Assembly (NCBI GenBank): GCA_044892505.1
Contig: CM097882.1
Span: 216,008,001 to 216,072,000 of the forward strand
Direction: 5' to 3'
DNA: 64,000 nt
Source of the DNA: Schmidtea nova
Lineage: Eukaryota
Positions 51,731-64,000 of the stretch are shown piece after piece. The notes under the pieces were generated by a model, which worked only from the letters and a program-made list of their open reading frames with translations, had not been told where the DNA came from and did not search any database. Within the stretch, counting starts at the first letter, position 1. Each line of letters begins with the position of its first letter. The translations under genes and the position numbers were made by a program.

Positions 51731-53249
51731 TTAAAATTTTACCGCTAAAAACGTTTTAAAAGTTTTTACAACAAAATTCCAGAAAATTCTGAGCAAATTC
51801 TAATGAAATCTATTTTGATGGCGGTATATATAGTTGCTCAAATTGTTATTTTCATTGATGCATTAGAACAAATTGTTCTAGAAGGAATTTTCCGATTCTT
51901 GAAAATTAATTTTAATAATTTTACGCAAAACTGAATTATTATTTTTGCATAGAATTTTAAATAAACTCTAAATAATTTATTTTTGATCTAAAATTTCATT
52001 TTTAAATCAAAGTTTTTCATAATTTAATAAGTTTATCATAATTTATAACTAACACGATTTTCTTTCTTATTTATTGAATTTTTACATTAAAATTTGAAAT
52101 TTCCTCCCGAAAAAATGCTAATTTTTCCTAGTGTGCTATTCTATTACACAATTGATGTTCTCACGCTATATATGTGTTTTTTTCACGTTTACACTCAATA
52201 CGCTTTTGTTCGTTTCAATTTTAACGTGTTTTAAACAGTTATTTCATGTGTTCTGCTGTTACTGTGCCTACCCTGGTGTTTTGACCCGTAGAATTATAAA
52301 CTTGCTTCTTGCGCGCACTCTACACACTGTATTACCGCGCCATTTAAACAAACCTCAGTTTTTTGCCCAACAGTCCTAATCTACAGTAAGTATGTATATT
52401 TTTGCTATATATAATTTAAATTGTTATTATAGATACTTTAATTGTTGCCTGCCTGACCATTAATTTATGCCCTCTGGTGTATGAAGATATTTCACAACCT
52501 TTGTTGAAATCAACAATGCCATTTATTGGAGAGCATCATTGAGAAATGTAAATTTACAATTATATTAAAAAATGTAAAAAAAAATATTTTTAGAAATACA
52601 GACAATTATTTTATTGTGCCTCACCCAGCTTAATCTGTAGAAGTGAAACATCGAAAAACATAAAATAAATTTTAATTTTTAACTCAAATTTTCATAGATA
52701 TACAGAACATGACAAAATATTACTAATAGAAGTAATGAAACGGAGTGAAAAGGGGTGAAACGGTATAAAATGCTTGTCGCCAAATAGTCTATTTCTAGAC
52801 CCCATAGAAAGTTTATTTAGTTAATTAAAAGGCGCTATCAGAAAATATGTTGCGGCAACCAGAGGATGGAGTACCATTGATTACAAAATTTGAATAGAAT
52901 AAGTCAAAACTTTTGTGGAGGAAGAATAAGTAAAAGGATCTTCCTAAAGTCTTTTTTCAAAGAGGAAATCTTGAGGGATATTAACTTAAAATATTAACTT
53001 AAAATATGTAATTAAATTAAAATATGTTAAAACAGCTTTAAAATATGAATAAAAAGCATAATAAATAATAATTACTCACCAATTGCCTGTAATAAGTGTC
53101 TTTGTGGCCATTAATTACAGACTGTTGGTGTACTATATTTAAATTTAGGTTTTAGATTTCGTTTGAGAAATTTCTTTCGTGCAACCTGATTGGTTGTTTT
53201 ACATAAAGTAAGAAATCTATCTTTGTAATTTGTAGTAAAATTATCGATT

Positions 53250-55800
53250 TATCAATTCATTTTATAAGAAAAGGGATATTTGTTTTCTCTCTCTCTCCTT
53301 CACTTTCGGCTTTCCGATAGTGGGCCAATTTGAATCTCAGATATTTGACTAATTCCTGAGAAATATCGCAGAACTGGTGGAAACGGGAATTTACATTTGG
53401 TAGTTTTTAGTCATTATTTCGTCATTTTCATATTAATTCTATTCAGAAATTTTAGCATTAGAATTCTTCTCCCTTTGATTAAACAAAAATCGTCGAATAC
53501 CTAAATATTTTTCGGGGCTTGTGGCTTTTTGGGCTTGTTCTTAGAAAACTCGTGGCGAAATCTCAATTGGTTTAAGCTGTTGAGGATTCCTAAAGAACAA
53601 TTTACTAATAAATAAATAAAAATCCCTGGGGGAAAATTGTCATGACGAAGGAGGCGCTCAATGGGAAATCGAAAAAGAAAATGGAAATAAAAAGAAATCA
53701 GAAATGAGAAAAAGGAACCAGACAAAAGAAATCAGACAAGAAAACAAAAACAAAGGTCAGCACTAATTAATTAGTGCAAAAGGAAAAGGAATTTAAATCG
53801 GGAAAAACAAAAAACAAAATATTGCACTATCTCGACAGCCTGTCAAAGATAATAAAAAAACAAAAAAAAACAGAGAATATCTTGACGGCTGTCAAAAATA
53901 ACTCCGTTGCAGACAGATTTCGAGGAATTATGTGGAAGGAAAATGATAAATGAAAAACAAACCTAAGTGCCACAAATTGACGAGGTATAAAAAGAGGAAG
54001 CGCATCAGAAATAATCAGAACGATTTTGGAAAAAAACAGAATAGACAGAACGGAAAAACACTGCGACGAATCTTGTTAAAGAGAATCGAGGGGAAAGGAA
54101 AACCGGGAATCAGAGGACGATATATATTGGAGAAAAGTGAAAGGAATAGTGAAGTAATTCAAAGCAGAAGAAGACTGAAAGAGAAGAGTTAAAGAAGAGT
54201 TGAAAGCGAGTTCGGCGTAAAATCAAGTCAAACCCAGAAAACAACCAGTCAGATTACCAATTGTTATACCCCTCAGGGGTGAGTGATCGTTCGAACCAAT
54301 ATTATACAAAGTGCTATTCTTCACCATCGTTTCGTAATAAGCACCGTATAATCAGTTATTGGTCTGTTGATTTTGGTCAATTCAGTGTTAAAGAAAATAT
54401 TTGTGATATTCAATAAAATTTCCCAGTGTTAATTGTTATTGTGGTCAATTAAAAGGCACGCTTGGAGTCAGATATTTGATTGGTAACTTTTACCATTTCA
54501 CCAACAACCCAAGTACCCAACAAAGCTAAAAGGAGATATTGTGTGCACCATATGGGATTTATATAGTTTAATTGGAATTTTTACTTTCCTCTATTCGACT
54601 CGCGTGCGTGAAATGTGGTTTTATCATTCGTGTTATTTTGATTTTTCTTTTTTTGTAATAAAATTTGAGGTAGTTGATATAATTGATTGGGAATTTCCGT
54701 TTGGTTGCTAGTAATTTTGAAAGAAAAAATAATGATAATTCCTTATTTATAATGTCCGATTTTGTCTCGATTAGGGTATTGCATTGAAGTGTGTAAAAAT
54801 TCAACAATTTAATTTATCAAAAAAAATTATGAAAGTGTTATCGTTTCAATCGTTAAATGAATTAGATACATTTACAATGAATGGACAAGCAATCTTAAAC
54901 AATATTTTCAAGCAAAATATCAAAAATGATTAAGTAATTCTGTATTTACGTAAATATTAGAGTGTCGAATAAATTAAATGGACACTCAGAGAAGCGTGGC
55001 AACAGATTGATAAGAAAATAATTGGTAATAATTGTGGAAAGTTAAAAGACGCGCTGGCTGCAAAACTTATTGGAGGAGACATCAAAATGTTAATGAGCCT
55101 AAAGTTCTACAGCAGGGTTCATATTCCAAAAGTAACATTGAGCTAATTCGTGTATCATTTTTCGACTCTTGCAAACAAATACTCTGAAAAAGATTCGAAA
55201 CAACCAGGGTTAGCCCAAAAAATGCAGGTACTAATTCAAGACCAGTTTTTGTCAGAAATAAATAGAGACAAATACGGCATTATGCTGTGTAGATTATGAC
55301 AATTTCGAAGAATTAGTTAAAAAGACAATTTAAATTGAATTAAATTTGAAAGACAAATCTTATACATTTGCGATAATTTCAGTAAGAAAGTCAATCAGAA
55401 AAAGTCAAAGAGAAATGTCAAATAACAGCAAAAGAAAACAGTTGGGAGTTATAAAATAGATTTCAATGATCAAAAAGTCCATCGCCAAAATAGAGAAACG
55501 ATGTCAGTATAAATAAATAGTAAAAACAGATCAACTTCACCATCGCCACGAGACAATGTGAATTTAAATGGCAATTTTAATTTCATTTGTGTAGAAGTTA
55601 GGGACATATTGCTAAATCTTGTCCCAGGAATTCCAATAAATTTCAAAGACTAATATTAATGAGATTCCAGGATGAAAATTCATCAACGAACAATGTAACT
55701 TTTATTCAGAAAGATAACTCTAGAGAAAACATTGAGCGCGATAATAAACAGCTGAATCAGAAATTGAAAAGATTTATGGGAAAATTTGAATCAGATGGAT
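53250..55800 (+). mobile_element. Decayed LTR (Gypsy-like) retrotransposon, 5' region and gag remnant
   Basis: Purine-rich leader followed by gag-like broken frames and a zinc-knuckle remnant (C...GHIAKSCP at about 55588-55625). No second LTR or PBS identified. Confidence 0.5.
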
Positions 55801-55809
55801 GCCCTATGA

Positions 55810-56024
55810 CAAGGGTGGCGAACCTTTTCGTAACAACGTGCCAATTTTCTAAAGAAATGTTTAATAAGGCCATAGACGTGCAATAAAATTGTGAGAATTT
55901 TTGATTATTGAGAAAATAATTATAATACCTACTCCACGCTTTTTTCGTAGTGCATCGTAATGAATTTTGTTATTAGTGACGTGCCTAAAATTTTGTGTCG
56001 CGTGCCATTGATTCGCCATCCCTG
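55810..56024. mobile_element. hAT-type MITE
   Basis: TIR CAAGGGTGGCGAA / TTCGCCATCCCTG. 8-bp TSD CCCTATGA / CACTATGA. Confidence 0.8.
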
Positions 56025-57090
56025 CACTATGATGATGAGACAAGTTTTGTGAAAAAAATAAATCAGAATCAGATAATGTTTCAAGCAACAAAGCTAAAGA
56101 TGATTTGCAAAGTGAGATGAGTATAGAATTATTGGTATGCCACTGGGTGGAAAACTATCATTTGTTGTCCTAGGGGATTTTGTCGTGAACACCTTCATAA
56201 ATACTTCACTAACGAATGAATACACATGGGACATCTCACTTTCCCATGTTGGTGCTGTACATCTCAGCGTAGATTAAGTCAGCACATGAAAAACCCTGGG
56301 TTAACTACTCATGACCTATCTCTACTACAGGTTCACTAGGTCGATAGAAGAACTTCATTATTTCTTTTTCGATTCCTTCGTCGGTCACTCTATCGGGACA
56401 CTCACGATCGACCCGTATCCACAATCAATGTACGAACGGAAGATTTTAATTCTCATATTACTATGACCAAGGAACAAAACACAATTGAAAAAAGTAGAAA
56501 AATTATATTGACATCAATAAATATAGTTCTGATCTAAGTGGGATATTTGGGCAGTCAATTGTCACTTAAATTTCTTCTGATGGCTTGACCCAGGGGTATT
56601 ATTTGCACACGCAAGTTGAAAATTTTAGTGCGACTAACTTCAGTTTGATATCGGTCACAGCATTTAGCGCTCACTCTCGTCTCGCAGCTATTGAGGGGAA
56701 AATAACTCATCTCAAGAAAAGTGATTTGCCGTTTGTGTTTTTCTATTGCATCGAGTAACCCTGATTTATTGTGGTAGTTCAACTCACATTAAAATTATAA
56801 ATCTTATTAAAAGAGTATTAAAACTGTTTTCGTTTCTCTTGATTTATTATAAACCAAATCAAGCTACTTGATTTTCGATTTTTAGTAGAGATACTAATTT
56901 AGTTTCACCGAGCACAATGCAATTATTCATCTCATACACCGTATAACGATGAATACGCCTCCTATAATTTAAAATTAAATTATACTATAGAAATTCCAAA
57001 CACTTACCTGTGTGTTCTAAGTGTGCTAATAATGAATAACAATTTTAGACAGGTAGAAAAAAATTTTAAACCACAAAAAGGCATTTTATA

Positions 57091-57513
57091 CGCCGTGTTT
57101 CAACCAGTAGACTATAATGCACATGAGTGTTACTCGTCGAGGTTTATTTTTATTTTGCATTAGCCATTTTCAAATGGCTTTCAGGTAATTTAAAAGGATA
57201 ACTTTTAAGGCTTTTATTTTGATATCATAATGATATGAGATCACTATAAAAGCTTTAATAGATTATTCTTAATCAATTTTTAAGAAATTTATGAGTTGTA
57301 AAAATAAATTTTTGGATTTATTTACACTAATCTTGCTAACTGTTTTCTATTTTTGTAAGATGGCCATGTTTTTATATTAAGAAAATATTTTTCTTATTGA
57401 ATTTTTTGATAGCCCAATATCTGATATCCTGACTTTCGACAGCTAGGCGTGTATTTTCCTACAGTATAAGCTTATTGATTATTATAGGTGACCCCATTGA
57501 GTGAAACACGGTG
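57091..57513. mobile_element. Tc1/mariner-type MITE
   Basis: TA-CGCCGTGTTTCA ... TGAAACACGGTG-TA. Confidence 0.75.
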
Positions 57514-59073
57514 TAGTAGAAACTTCATGCAAAATGTTAATTAAATAAAATCGTTCAATAATAACCAAAAATAAATATTACACACTCAAAAAGTTTATGT
57601 CTTCTTTATTTTATTCCTCTGATCACTTTGGTAATTGAACGCCACAAGCCTTTTCTTGTTAGTATTTTTTTAAATTTAAAATCGTCAAAAATTTAATTTC
57701 ATCAAAAAAGGTTCGTCAAATAAAAGTGGAAAAAATGCAGTGATTTAGTTAGCAAAATCCTTTTCCGAAAATTTCAGCTGATTTTCTTCTAAAATCAATA
57801 ATGCATAATTTATGAATAACAATTTAAAACTATGTAATATTGATTAATTTCATAGATATGATTTTAAGATTAAATTAAATAGAATGGAAATATTTAATTT
57901 ATTAAATTAGCTATTAGAATGAAAAAATATTGGTCAGAAATGTACGGATATTCTACCTGTTACCTAGCACAAAGAACGAAAATATCTCGACAGGACAATA
58001 GCAAGAAAAAATAGTTTAAATTCTGATTGTTTTTTTAAAAAATATTTTTGACCTGATTTATTGGAACCGGAATTGAAGAAACGAATGTCAACTTATGGGG
58101 TATAATTCAAAAAATTTTATTAATATAAGTCACAATTCACGAGGTATGAATACAACATTGTTGTAACAGAAATTATAAGTAACTATATGATCATACTATA
58201 CTATGACCATGATTCAATAATATTTCTGGCACATGTTGCCATTTAAAAATGATCGATCGAAGCAAGAATTCAAAGCTCTAGTTTTAACGAATATCTAATT
58301 TTGCGTATTTCTGACACATACTTTGTACAGTTCAAAAGGGACCGCTTTAACGGTATGTATTAGTACTAAAAAATGTATATGAAGATTTTCAACATCAAGA
58401 GTTCAAAGGAAGAGTTCCTTGCAATATTTCTATACAGTTCAAAAGAATTTATTGCTCTTTTGTCTTTTAGCAGACAAAAGTCCACTAATTTTGGTTTGCA
58501 TTTGTATCGACATTCAGTATGAAGGAAGCTTTTCCTATTTAAGTCAACATTTTGCATATAATTCAAAAAGATCGATAAGCTCCATTTTTTTCGGTATGTA
58601 TTCGTAATGAAATTAATATCAATGTAGCTTTTATCATTTTAGTCATATATTATTGATGCACGTTAATGCACATGAGTGTTAAATTTAATACTCATATTTC
58701 AAATTATATAATTAACAATTCAAAAAACAGTTTTATATATTTAATCGATTTTAACCAATAGAAATCGCCACTGTGTAAATAACCCAATTAAATTAAGACA
58801 CTTGTTATACGATTTGTACAAGAGTGATTTCAAAAAACGCAATTTGTAAAATGAATTTTGTAAAATGGACATATTCAACGCGCGAGTCTGCCTCAAAGGT
58901 GAATAATACCTTGAGCTGCTATCAAAACAATAACGCAAATTATTTAAAATAATCAATTAGTTGGAAGAAGAAAACTCAAAAATCATTTTTTCTCTATTAT
59001 TTTCAAATGGATTTAAATGCTCATTAAATATAGAAAGACCAATCAATAGAAATAAATCACAATAAATTCATAT

Positions 59074-60519
59074 TTACAACGAATTTATATATTTCTCAAG
59101 TTGATATAAAGTTGTTTTGTTCAATTGCTCTAAGTTAAATTTAGGCTGACTCGTCGCGACATTATCCAATTCATATTTCGAAATGATATCCTTAATTTTT
59201 TTAACGATGTCACCGTTATTCATCAGTGTTTTAATTCGAGTCATCAACTCACGAAGGCGAGATTTGTCATATAAATTCGGTCCAGTTTCACGTGACAAAT
59301 CTGCTTGATTTGTTTTATTCGCTATATATTTCTCAAGTTGATATAAAGTTGTATTGTTCAAATTCTTTAGGTTAAATTTCGGTTGACTCGTTGCGCCGTC
59401 ATCCAATTCATATTTCGAAATAATTTCCTTTATTTTAATAACACTTTCAGGGTTATTCATCATTGTTTTTATTTGAGTCATCAACTCACGAAGACGAGAC
59501 TTGTCAAATGAATTCGGTTCAGTTTCACGTGACAATTCTGTTTGATTTGTTTTATTCGCTATATATTTACACATTATTAATCAATTATAAATCATATTAC
59601 TGGCGACAGGCTTACCCGTTGGAAGTTTAGAATATAAGAAATCAACTAGTTCAGTCAATTCATTTAGCGTTTCATTCGACAATGAAATGAGATCAAAAGT
59701 ACAGATACCGTTTTTATCAACGGAGACAGATTTATCGTTTTTAAGTAAACTATATATGTGCAACATGCTACTTTCAGAAGACAAGAGGAGATCAATCTTC
59801 CTAGTCAATTCTAATAATTCATTTTTACGGCCAGGCTGTGATAATTTCGACGAATAGTTGTCTAGATTTTAAAAAATAAGTTAAATAAACTCAGTATTCA
59901 AATCAGCCGTACTTATAAGATTAAGAATGTCATTTCGGCAATTAGGTTTCAATTTTTGGAAATTAATTTCAATTGAGTGGTTTGAAAGCAAATTCAAATC
60001 GTCGTATTTGAATAGAATTTCACAAAATGATTTTTGAAAAAGCGAATAACTCCAAAAATTAGTAATTTTTTGCTTTAATTCTTGGTATTCAGATGCTATA
60101 TATTCAAATGAAAAAGTAAATTTTATAATTATCGTTTAAAATATTTCTTACCACAACTGGTTGTAGAGGAATTTGAATGAGGCGTGGAATAATCTGACGT
60201 GAGACTATGAGTGTCTGAGGGTTTGGATTTACGATTTTTCCTATTAATATAATCGCGAATCCTATGAATGGTAATTGGCTGAAGATTCTCTAGTAATTGT
60301 AACTTTTCTGCTATTTCATGGTTTTGACAAGTTTCATACTTCTTGACAATCGACTTGAGATTTTCATCGTTAATTACATTGGGAATTTTAGCCTTTAAAA
60401 TCAATAAATTTTTATGATTCAGTGGATTAAATTTCTCTGAAAAAAATTCGAAAATAAAATTTTTCGATTTTTTTAATATTAGACTAACTAATTTTGCGAC
60501 TACTTTCAACCGGTGCCAT
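59074..60519 (-). CDS. Intact 5-exon gene encoding a 409-aa protein of five tandem ET/AHD-like domains
   Basis: Exons 60519-60489, 60436-60152, 60095-59913, 59861-59616, 59558-59074. Four GT-AG phase-1 introns of 51-57 nt; 1230 nt with no internal stop. Repeat ends: LENLQPITIHRIRDYI, INFQKLKPNCRNDILNLI, FDLISLSNETLNELTELV, FNLKNLNNTTLYQLEKYI, FNLEQLNKTTLYQLEKYI (compare BRD4 ET DFETLKPSTLRELERYV and AF9 AHD FDLCSLDKTTVRKLQSYL). Confidence 0.82.
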
Positions 60520-62789
60520 GATTTTTACAACTTAAATGTGCTTTATTGGTTAATATTTAAACAATATTTAAATCGTTTTTTTTAATTTCCGTAAAATTTT
60601 TCTCATAATATTAATTAAGGAAATTTTATTTTTTAGGGAAATTACTATAATTACATTAAAAATTTTTATCTAAATTTTAAAATGTAATTAGTTATTGTAT
60701 TTTTTAAATTTTTATATCTAAGTTAAAAAATTGAAAACTTGTTCTAGAATAAATTGCAAAAGTATAAATTGCAAAATATACTTTTTATCAAAATGAACTT
60801 TTTAAATTAAACTATTTTGTAATAAAAACTAATTAGAATTTAATTAATAAAATAGTAACTAATATGATATATAATATTAAATTATTATTTAAACAAATTA
60901 TTTTTAATTTTTATATCTTAATTACAAATTAATTTTACCTTCAATAACAAAATCCAAAAAATATATAATTTTTCCCTATTTTTGTCTAATCTATCTAAAA
61001 AGGTTTTTAATGTAATAATGTTTTTCGTGGATCTAATTTTAATGTCTTCCTTCTAAAATAGCGAAACCTCGCAATTTTATAAAATTTTGAAGTACCAAAA
61101 GTCAAGAGATACATAACTACCTACTGCAAAACAGTGGAGTTCTAGATAATTTCGATGATATTATGTCCTGGGGTTATTCAGAAACGCACGAAATGCAAAA
61201 GTAATAGAAATTTCAAAAAGGGTAAAAATCAAAAATTTTAACCGGAAATTGGTAATCGGTGATATAAAATGTATGTACATGAACTTTCTCGGGAATATAG
61301 AAATAACCCTGACTGTTGCTTTGGCTCTATTCCTCAACAACCCTACATATAAACCTAGCAAAAACCCTTCTTGTTATCCGTCACCTAGTAACGTTGGAAA
61401 TGGAACAAGTCAGTGGACATCCGTAAAAAAAGAGCTTAGAATGAGTCAAAACTTCTATTGAACGAATGTCTCGAGTGTGTTCAAAGGCAACCGATAGAAG
61501 GTATAATGCCCATTTTCGTCCCGCACTTAATCTCTCTCATATTTTTCACTTAAATTCCTTTGATAATTAAAATAAAATCTATACAAAAGTTGTTAATTAA
61601 TTAATTAATTAATAAATAAATATTATTAATTAATTTGATAAATATTGCACATAAATTTTATTACAAGACCCTTTAAATGAAATATAAATTGAATGTGCCG
61701 TTAGCTAAAATACGTATGAGCTAGATGCACTTAATGATAGTAATATAAGTTATATGAATCAAATCATAATTCATACAACACACATATACGGATATATAAT
61801 TATGCAGTTACATTATTATATGGTGTTGAGTTATTACATTAAAAAAATTGTGTCCGACTAATCATTGTCAGTTATTTATAAAATCGATTTGATTTTTCGA
61901 GTTCTTCTTCAATTGTCCCAGCAATCGCGCTTCTAGTCTACGATGACTTCACGCTCGAACCGATTTACTCAGCTTGAATTTCTTAGGCTTCGCAACAGTA
62001 TCTGTAATTTTTGCCTCTTCCTAGATTCGGTTCGAGGAAATAATTTTATGTTATTACTCGACGTAGAAGGTATCAACACATTAGCCAGATCAAACTTCAC
62101 TCTTTTACGAGCTAATTGAACTTCTCGTTCTCGGATAACCAACTTTAGCGCGCGATTTCGGTCTGTCTTTCACCGTTTACAGTTATAGGAGTTGTATTTG
62201 TTTTTTTACGTTGGCAATTTAGACAGCTTTGTACCATGGTATCTCCATGGTACGACATAGCTACTTAAAATTTTCTAGACGCTCTCCTAATGACTGGTTC
62301 TCGGTCCATGATAATTTCTTTTCTTTCCACTAGTCTCACATCGTTAATCTATAAATCACTGAACATTTACACGGAACCAAATGAAGTAGTTATATTTGTT
62401 TAACTAAACTTGTATGTACAGCATTCATTAATTTTAAATTCATCCGAAGCTCCTCGTAACTCGGAAAATAGAAATTTTAGATACAAAATAAATGTAATAG
62501 TTAGCGAGTATTTTTATGATGTAGTATTGTGTCGCAAAAATGGCTAAATATTAATGGTCTTTCCTATTAATAGGTGTAGATGAAGTGGTTAATTTTATCA
62601 AAATTCAATTGAAATCCCTTATATCAGGATTTATCATAAATAAATTCGTTACATTAATTTCTATGGATGTTTACATAATTAAAATGTTACTTTAAAATGT
62701 CTTATATTAAAATATCATAAAACTTAAACATTTCTATTTCTTGCACCAGTTCAATTCGTTCATCTAAAGTCATAAGTAATGATGTCTAA

Positions 62790-63641
62790 GACAATTTAGG
62801 GATTCCATAAAAGTTCAATGGTTCCTATCGATTATGAGCTATGGCTCGAAATTGCTGGAATAAATCATTCAATAGAAACACGCCAAGTTTCAAATAAATT
62901 AACTGATAATCCATCAATGTTTCACAACCTGATTCTTCCCATATATGTAGGGTCTTTTCATATTATTTTTTTGAAACACAATCTCAGATTGGGTTTAATT
63001 CTGTTGTTGTTCCCAGAACTTCTTGACTAATGGCAAAGTTATATGGAAATATTCCTTTTGATTCTACTATAATTCCATTAAATTCGGATTTCGTAATGGA
63101 TAATTGTTCAGTATTTTCACAGCGTTAGATAAGAAGTAATTTACAAACTGTTAAGAGTCAATAAATTTTATTTATATTCCACCAATGTTTACAATAAGTG
63201 ATAGAAATGTTTCAGTGTTAAGAGGAATGCAGCTTGAATTCCAATCCAGAAAACAATTTAACTAATGTTTAAGTATATAATGTAAATCATAACCCCTCAA
63301 ATTGTGAAACATAATGGGCAATATTTCATTGATTTTCCTTGACATATTGCATTTAATACATGCTAGGCCAATATATTTTCCTGTAAAATGAACGGGATCC
63401 AGACCTTTTCTATTATCGTTTTCTGGCACAAGTAACAAATTGTATATATTTTGAAGGATTAAATTTCATCTGGCGAATGTGGCGACATTAGCTTTTTTCC
63501 TTCATTGATGTAATGTCTTAAAACAATAGAATAAGTGTGGACTGTGGAACACAGGAAATTACATAATTGATGAGTCATAAACAATAAAAATCGAACGACT
63601 TCCTTTTTTTCATTAATTTTATATATGCATGATGATGTCAT
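62790..63641 (-). pseudogene. Polinton protein-primed DNA polymerase B, N-terminal/exonuclease fragment
   Basis: CYLCQK..EKVWD.VHFTGKYIGLACIKCN, PIMFHNLRGYDLHYILK, CIPLNTETFLS, KFIDS, SKGIFPY, WEESGCETLMDYQLIYLK..LLNDLFQQFR. Multiple stops. Confidence 0.88.
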
Positions 63642-64000
63642 AATTTATTTTATTTTTTGCACATACAATGACAAAATAATAAAAATTTATCTAAGGTCAA
63701 TTTAAGGGAAAAGGTTCAGGTCATCTTAAGGTCAATTAAAAAAAATTCAAATGCTTAAAAATTTCAAAAAAACTAATAATCAACATTTATTAAAAAATAC
63801 ATTAAGGGATTCTCGCATTGTTGATTTTGCAAATCCAAGACACTGCTCCTATTAGATCTACTTTATAGCCTTGAATCGATAAATTGAAAGACCAATTTTC
63901 ATAATACATAAATACAACGGATTGAAATGCATCTTGAAAATAAGTTTTTATTTTGTTGATAAATATTGTTTCATTGTAAGAAGATTTCTTGTTAATTTTC

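Noticed and set aside
53501-54192. Lys/Arg-rich ORFs on both strands
   Set aside because: Explained by the purine-rich leader of the LTR-element remnant.
56100-56450. Possible LINE endonuclease remnant (FFYRP, ADL.L)
   Set aside because: Too degraded to support a call by eye.
58200-58600. Degenerate repeats suggesting micro-exons (+) or C2H2 zinc-finger linkers (IHT..., minus strand)
   Set aside because: No consistent reading frame, Cys/His spacing or exon chain could be built.
61050-62350. GC-elevated broken ORFs between the ET/AHD gene and pPolB; weak resemblance to cassette gene B
   Set aside because: Many stops, and the conserved WF.P / ATKIEL.RCLH motif is absent. Left unassigned.
1-64000. 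tRNA, rRNA or other structured ncRNA genes; alternative genetic code
   Set aside because: No cloverleaf or rRNA-like segment was recognised. Both intact genes translate cleanly with the standard code, and stops elsewhere coincide with frameshifted, decayed sequence.

Overview
Very AT-rich eukaryotic (animal) genomic DNA, not prokaryotic. A planarian-type flatworm is a plausible guess, inferred only from AT content, 44-63 nt short introns, (AT)n tracts, TTAGGG repeats, a cecropia-like mariner and Polintons. Most of the window is one intact minus-strand host gene, WDR44/Rab11BP. I reconstructed it by hand as 18 exons from 47411 to 3517, about 906 aa, with all splice phases consistent. Its long introns are filled with DNA-transposon debris (mariner, maT-like, piggyBac, hAT, pogo, MULE), a palindromic MITE family, a 4 x 649-bp tandem array and a TTAGGG-centred minisatellite. 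Intron 4 holds a decayed Polinton/Maverick cluster: two packaging ATPases, the pPolB C-terminus, a DDE integrase split by a 51-nt spliceosomal intron, a Cys-rich ORF and a two-repeat TBP-like gene. A PSMD1/Rpn2 fragment abuts this cluster. Near the right end is an intact 5-exon gene (60519-59074, 409 aa) made of five tandem ET/AHD-like domains with no bromodomain or YEATS domain, about 2 kb from a second Polinton pPolB fragment. An unassigned two-gene cassette occurs twice, once on each side of WDR44, in inverted orientation. All family assignments are motif recognition by eye; no database search was run. No tRNA, rRNA or CRISPR array could be supported.
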